Part shown: piece by piece, positions 59,225-64,000 of the stretch | Position numbering within the stretch: position 1 is the stretch's first letter | Layout: each line of letters opens with the position of its first letter | NCBI GenBank assembly: GCA_001642005.1 | Contig: LWCA01000039.1 | Span: forward strand, 4,600-68,599 | From: Intoshia linei | Lineage: Eukaryota; Animalia; Orthonectida | Reading direction: 5' to 3' | Length of the DNA: 64,000 bases | Translations under genes and position numbers: made by a program | Notes under the pieces: generated by a model | The model's input: the letters and a program-made list of their open reading frames with translations, nothing else | Databases searched by the model: none | Told to the model about the DNA's origin: nothing

Positions 59225-59648
59225 TAGGGTGTGCACTTTTTACATTTTTTTTTAATTTCAAAACGTATATTTGAGTGCAGATAGATAATGTTATTTAGAA
59301 CACAATGACGAAAAAATTTTTGAAAACGGTCGTGATTTCCTAAGGCAAAAAATTTGTCCTTTGAAGTTTATTTTTATTATTATTTATATCTTCCTATTGT
59401 ATCGTCACTTTTTTATCTCTAAATATAAATATACTGTTCCAAGTTTCTTAAAATTGCTTCCCAAGATTTTCTTTATTGTAGGTAATCTTGATGAGCTGCT
59501 TAAAGGTTCACTAATAAGTATTCCGTATGGACGTGCCAACCTCATTTTTTTTCAATTAAATGAATTTTTTTGCATGTTCGTGATCAGCATATAAAAATAC
59601 ACCTATATGCAAATATACTTTTTGATCTTTAAAAAAGTGCACACCCTA
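59225..59648. mobile_element. MITE with hATm-like TAGGGTG ends
   Basis: TIRs tagggtgtgcacttttt / aaaaagtgcacacccta and an 8-bp TSD ctgctaat/ctgccaat. Confidence 0.85.
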
Positions 59649-61571
59649 CTGCCAATATTTATTTTTATATAAAATCATATTCAATGTTTATGTTGTTCAC
59701 ATTTCTATTGGCAAAAAAAATTCTGATTTTCTCTGAATTTTGAATATATTAATTTAAAAAAATTTTACTTTCAATATCAAAAATTACTTTTTAATAGAAA
59801 TAAATATTCTATCTTATCATATATGTAATTATCAGTTAGAATTAGGGGTATGTTAGAAATGTATTTTGGCCATCAAGAGACCAAAAATATTAGGTCGATA
59901 AGGTCAGTTGCCAGTAGTAGGTATATAACTTTCTTGTTGATTTCTTTGTTTCTATAAAGAGAATACTAATTTCGAATGTGGTATCAATGTGGCTAGTAAC
60001 ATTGAGCGTCAATTTTGATTGGTTAAAACTTCTGTACTCCAAGACATCGGTACTTTCAATGATAAACCCAGTTCCGTTTTCGTTTAAGAATGTAATGAAA
60101 TCTTTGTTCTTATCCTTTGTGAAGAAAAGAACAAAAATCCCCTTGTTATTTCCGAATGTCAAATAATCGCAGTCTTCAAACTCATCATTAGTAGCCACCC
60201 CACAGCAGTAGGTACTTCTAAAGCTGTCAAATCGTTAATGAACGTTATAAACTAACGTCGAATTATATCCTTGATAGGAATACACAGTGATGAAGGTAAT
60301 GTTCATTGCAACAGACAATCTACTGGCTCGCTTCTCGACTCAGGGACGTAAACATCCAGAATATCAGTTGTCACTCGGGTCTGTTCGTTGTCACTTGCCG
60401 TACGGACATACTCACACAGCAGGTTACTATTTGTCTCATTTACTTTCTCAATAGATTTGTTTAATTCTTCTTTATTCTGTTTCATTTAGATTGCTTTTTC
60501 CGAAATTATAATTTTAATATTTTAATTAAATTTCGAGTTATCTTAATTAATTAAATAATGTACAATTACAGAAGATAACATCATAACTCATGATTCATAA
60601 GTAACATTGAAATGACTGGTTTTATGAAAATTGCAATATGAAAAGTAATTTGAAGGTAAGATAATGGAAAATTTTCTCAGTGAGTAATTCTGCCGCATTT
60701 ATCAATTATTATGATTTTAAAAAACTTTCGTTCAAATTTTCGTTTTCTCGTATTAACATTGATTCTTCGTAATTATATTTTGCAAGCCACCACATTTGCT
60801 TTTCATCGGAATTTTTCTAAAATTTCTTATTCTTTTAGCTTATATCTTTTATTGCTAAAATTTAGCGTAATCATTGTTTATATTTATATCTATGTTGAAG
60901 AAATTTTCAATGCAGTGATTTTAACCATATCAATATTTCATTTTAATTAATTTAAAGAATCGCGAATAACTATAATAATCTAAATCTTAATATTTATATA
61001 GCAACATTTAGTAATTATAGGTTATTCTCGATATTTTGACAAAAATATTTGTTAAAATAATCGCGAATAATTATAACAATATATTTCACAATATTTATAT
61101 AGCAACAATTATATAATATATTATTATTATTTATATAATAATAAATCATGGGTATTTAGTAAAAATATCTTTAAGGTTTAAAATTATGGTATTACTAAAA
61201 TAATAACTATTGTACAATATTTTCGGCCAACTCCTAACGGTGAACTTAGCCTGACAGTTTAAAGTTTTTTATATATATACTATATATTACAAAATTAAAA
61301 CTGAACTTTAATTTAACTGACATTGGCTTTTGAGTTTTTAAACGTGGTACCGACTTTATAATATTGTTCTCCATGTTTAGTTATACAGTTTATTTTTTTA
61401 AATTTGTTTCTAGCTCAATTGTTTTGAATTTTATTTTTTGTTTGAATAAAATATGATTCATATTGAACAAGGTCCACATACCTACATAATAATAATTAAT
61501 TATATATAAGTGTTTCCTAAACCGCGGTCGTGACAAATTTTTAATCAAATAGGGTTATTAGGTCTTACTGT

Positions 61572-62220
61572 TTAAAAACCACTAATATATAATTCATCAT
61601 ACCTATTTTCAAATACAATGTCATCAATTTTGATTTCAAAATCTGGTAGTAATTCTCTAGGTCCCAATATTGGTTCCCAAGATTTTAATATAGATGATGG
61701 CTTAATGTCGTTCCATGCACTATTTATTCTAAATGTGGCTTCCTTGAGAGTAAATTTGGTATCGTCAGGAATATCTTTGTAAGTATTGTAATATAATTTG
61801 TTTGCATATTTGGATTTCAAGGAATATAGTATATGTTTATCCATGGGCTGTAGTACAGACGTTGTGTTTGAAGGTAAATACATAATCTTAATTAACCCGT
61901 CTTCAGTTTGTAATGCATCATAGAATATGTGTGACGGTGCATTGTCAATAATTAATAAAGCAGTTGGAGTTAGATTCTTTCGAAAATGTTTTAACGGCCA
62001 CCACAAAATCCTTAAAAAACCAATTTTTAAAAACATCACGGGTCATCCATCCCTTAATCGATGAATTATATTTAACAGGTAATTCTACGTTTTTTAAACA
62101 ACGAGGATTTTCTGACTTTCCTAATATTAGTAATTTCAATTTATGTTAACCATCACTATTACTACATGCCATCGCAGTCAATCGACTTTTGTCTGTTTTT
62201 AATCCTTCAACTTTTCACAT
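61572..62220 (-). mobile_element. pogo/Tigger DDE_1 transposase remnant
   Basis: KSRLTAMACSNSDG, LLILGKSENPRCLK..LPVKY..KGWMTRDVFKNWF, frameshift, then ALLIIDNAPSH and YLPSNTTSVLQPMD. Confidence 0.88.
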
Positions 62221-62344
62221 TCTCTTTAATTCACCTATCGAAATTGTATAATTTCCATAATTTTGTTTTTTATATTTTGATAGGAAGTTTACTAGTTTAC
62301 ATTTTCTTGACGTTATATTTTCGAGTCCATTCAACCTGAATGCC

Positions 62345-62500
62345 ATTAATATTTAATACCCATTAGAATATTAATTACCTTTAAGTCACTGCATACCATC
62401 CATTCGTATTTTTTATATTCTATAAGATTTTACAGATTCTCAAAAGTCTTATAATCCTTCAATGTCTTACCATATGACAGTGGTATTGGTGGTACAGGAC
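62345..62500 (-). mobile_element. Short transposase relic (Chapaev/Transib-like)
   Basis: PPIPLSYG..LIEYKKYEWMVCSDLKVINILMG resembles the W-x-ICGDLKV..LLG motif of that group. The assignment is from memory. Confidence 0.45.
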
Positions 62501-63086
62501 AAATAACAAACTTTTCCTGTTATAGTTTTGGGTTTTTTTAGCATCAATTTCATTGAATATCCGGTCTTTTCAGATATCTCGGATAAATCTTTTGCGTTTA
62601 TATTGTATCATGGGAATAGTTTTCGCTAGTTTCATCTTCATTATTCAATTTATCATTATACATAGCAATAACGATAGTAACGTTATTGATACGTAAGATC
62701 TCTTTACATGACTAGTTGTCATTGCGTCTAATACTGTTATAACATTTACATCATAACATATTGATCGAATACCACATATCACTGAGTATTCATCTTTTGA
62801 ATTAGTTTATTGTAATCTGGCTGAACAATATCGTTTAATTTTACCACAAGGAAATTTAGATCTACGGAATAGTACATGTCTATGTACATTTTCGCGACCC
62901 AATGCACGGATGCATTCCTAAATAAAATAAACCATTAAATGTTCAATTTCAATTACAGTTGTGTTTAATTTAAAATACGTTTACAATTAAGTTATGTTTA
63001 TTGTGATTATTGTTATAGTGATTGTTATTTATTATTGTTCCTAAGGTAATAGCTAGATATTAGATAGGATAGTGGTGTATGAACAC

Positions 63087-63800
63087 TAGGGTGTCACATC
63101 GTTTTTAAATTTTGATATTTTTAAAGACGTACGAGTAATGTTTAAAGAGTACGATAAATTGTAGGTGTATGTTGAGAATTATAAAATACAGAGTTATTTT
63201 TGTATGTTTTAGTCACTTCTTTAATAAATTTAACTTTAAGTATAGTGGGTTCATAATAATCAAAACTGAATTTAAAAACATTTCCTAATACATTTTCCAT
63301 GATATGGTGCTTACAAGGCAGTTCTATCAGATGTTGGGGAAAATAACTCTTTATAAATTTGACATCCATTATATTTACCAGTGTTACTGGCAGTTGTGTC
63401 AAAGCAAATACCTATTACTTTACGTTGAATGTTCCATTCTTTTACTAAGTTTATAACGGTATTACTAGTTGTTATTCCTTTAGAGTCATCTTGTTGAGGG
63501 ACTCCCAATATCACCTCATTTGTCAATTACCTTAATTATCACAACAGCTATTCTTTTTATTTTATCAAACTTTTTGCCATCATAATAAACAATTACATTA
63601 TTCATTTTTCGTACTTTTTTATATAACAATTTTTTATCGTTATTTCTCTGATTACTCAGTCTTCGGCGCATGGTTTCATGCGATACGCCCATTAAAGAAG
63701 CAGAACCTCGTAATGAAATATTTCGTTTATCACACTGTCTCAGTTTTTCTGATAAATCATTATTACGTTTATTCGAATTCTTTGAATCATCACTAAATGA
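63087..63800 (-). mobile_element. hATm-like DDE transposase remnant
   Basis: ILGVP..EWNIQ..IGICFDTTASNTGKYNGC, frameshift, then LPCKHHIME (CxxH). A tagggtgtcaca end lies at 63087. Confidence 0.7.
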
Positions 63801-64000
63801 ATATATGTAATAATTTTTTGAGTTTGGTTTTCAGTTTTCTGTAACTTTTTAGAAGTTGATGGTTTTATTCTATTTTGACAATAACTATAAGGATTTTCAA
63901 TAGTTGGAGGACCTGTCATGTTACCAATATTATTCCTATGAGCTTCTAAAAACTCAATATTCTCTATTAGACTATTAGATTGATCAATTTTAGTACAATC

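Noticed and set aside
57168-63800. Domesticated transposase genes (TIGD/ZBED-like)
   Set aside because: All the transposase pieces here carry stops or frameshifts, so they are treated as decayed TEs.

Overview
This is a very AT-rich eukaryotic (animal) genomic window, not a prokaryotic one, so the six-frame ORF track shows only exon pieces. Joining GT-AG introns by hand gives seven spliced genes: a large GRDP/DUF1399-like gene (+, ~7247-22941), V-ATPase catalytic subunit A (-, 23244-29843), mitochondrial Rho GTPase Miro (-, 30036-~37029), NAA50 (+, 39146-41151), a 26/29-kDa-proteinase-type cathepsin (-, 42565-45656), kinesin-binding protein KIFBP (-, 46134-49844) and a kinesin-13/KIF2 (+, 50483-~56700). 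Many introns are only ~35-40 nt. The rest are inflated by decayed transposons and MITEs: hAT/Buster, hATm-like, Tc1/Tc3, DD39D mariner, pogo, piggyBac, Gypsy and non-autonomous Helitrons. The AT content, tiny introns and fast-evolving animal genes would fit a compact-genome parasite such as the orthonectid Intoshia, but that is an unverified inference. Best leads: KBP head-to-head with a kinesin, a Miro with degenerate EF-hand 2 and C-terminal GTPase, a 26/29-kDa proteinase missing most of its I29 inhibitor prodomain, and two unexplained ORF remnants at 58.3-60.5 kb that may be endogenous viral sequence. I found no multi-gene novel system that I can demonstrate. All family assignments come from motif recognition from memory, not from database searches.
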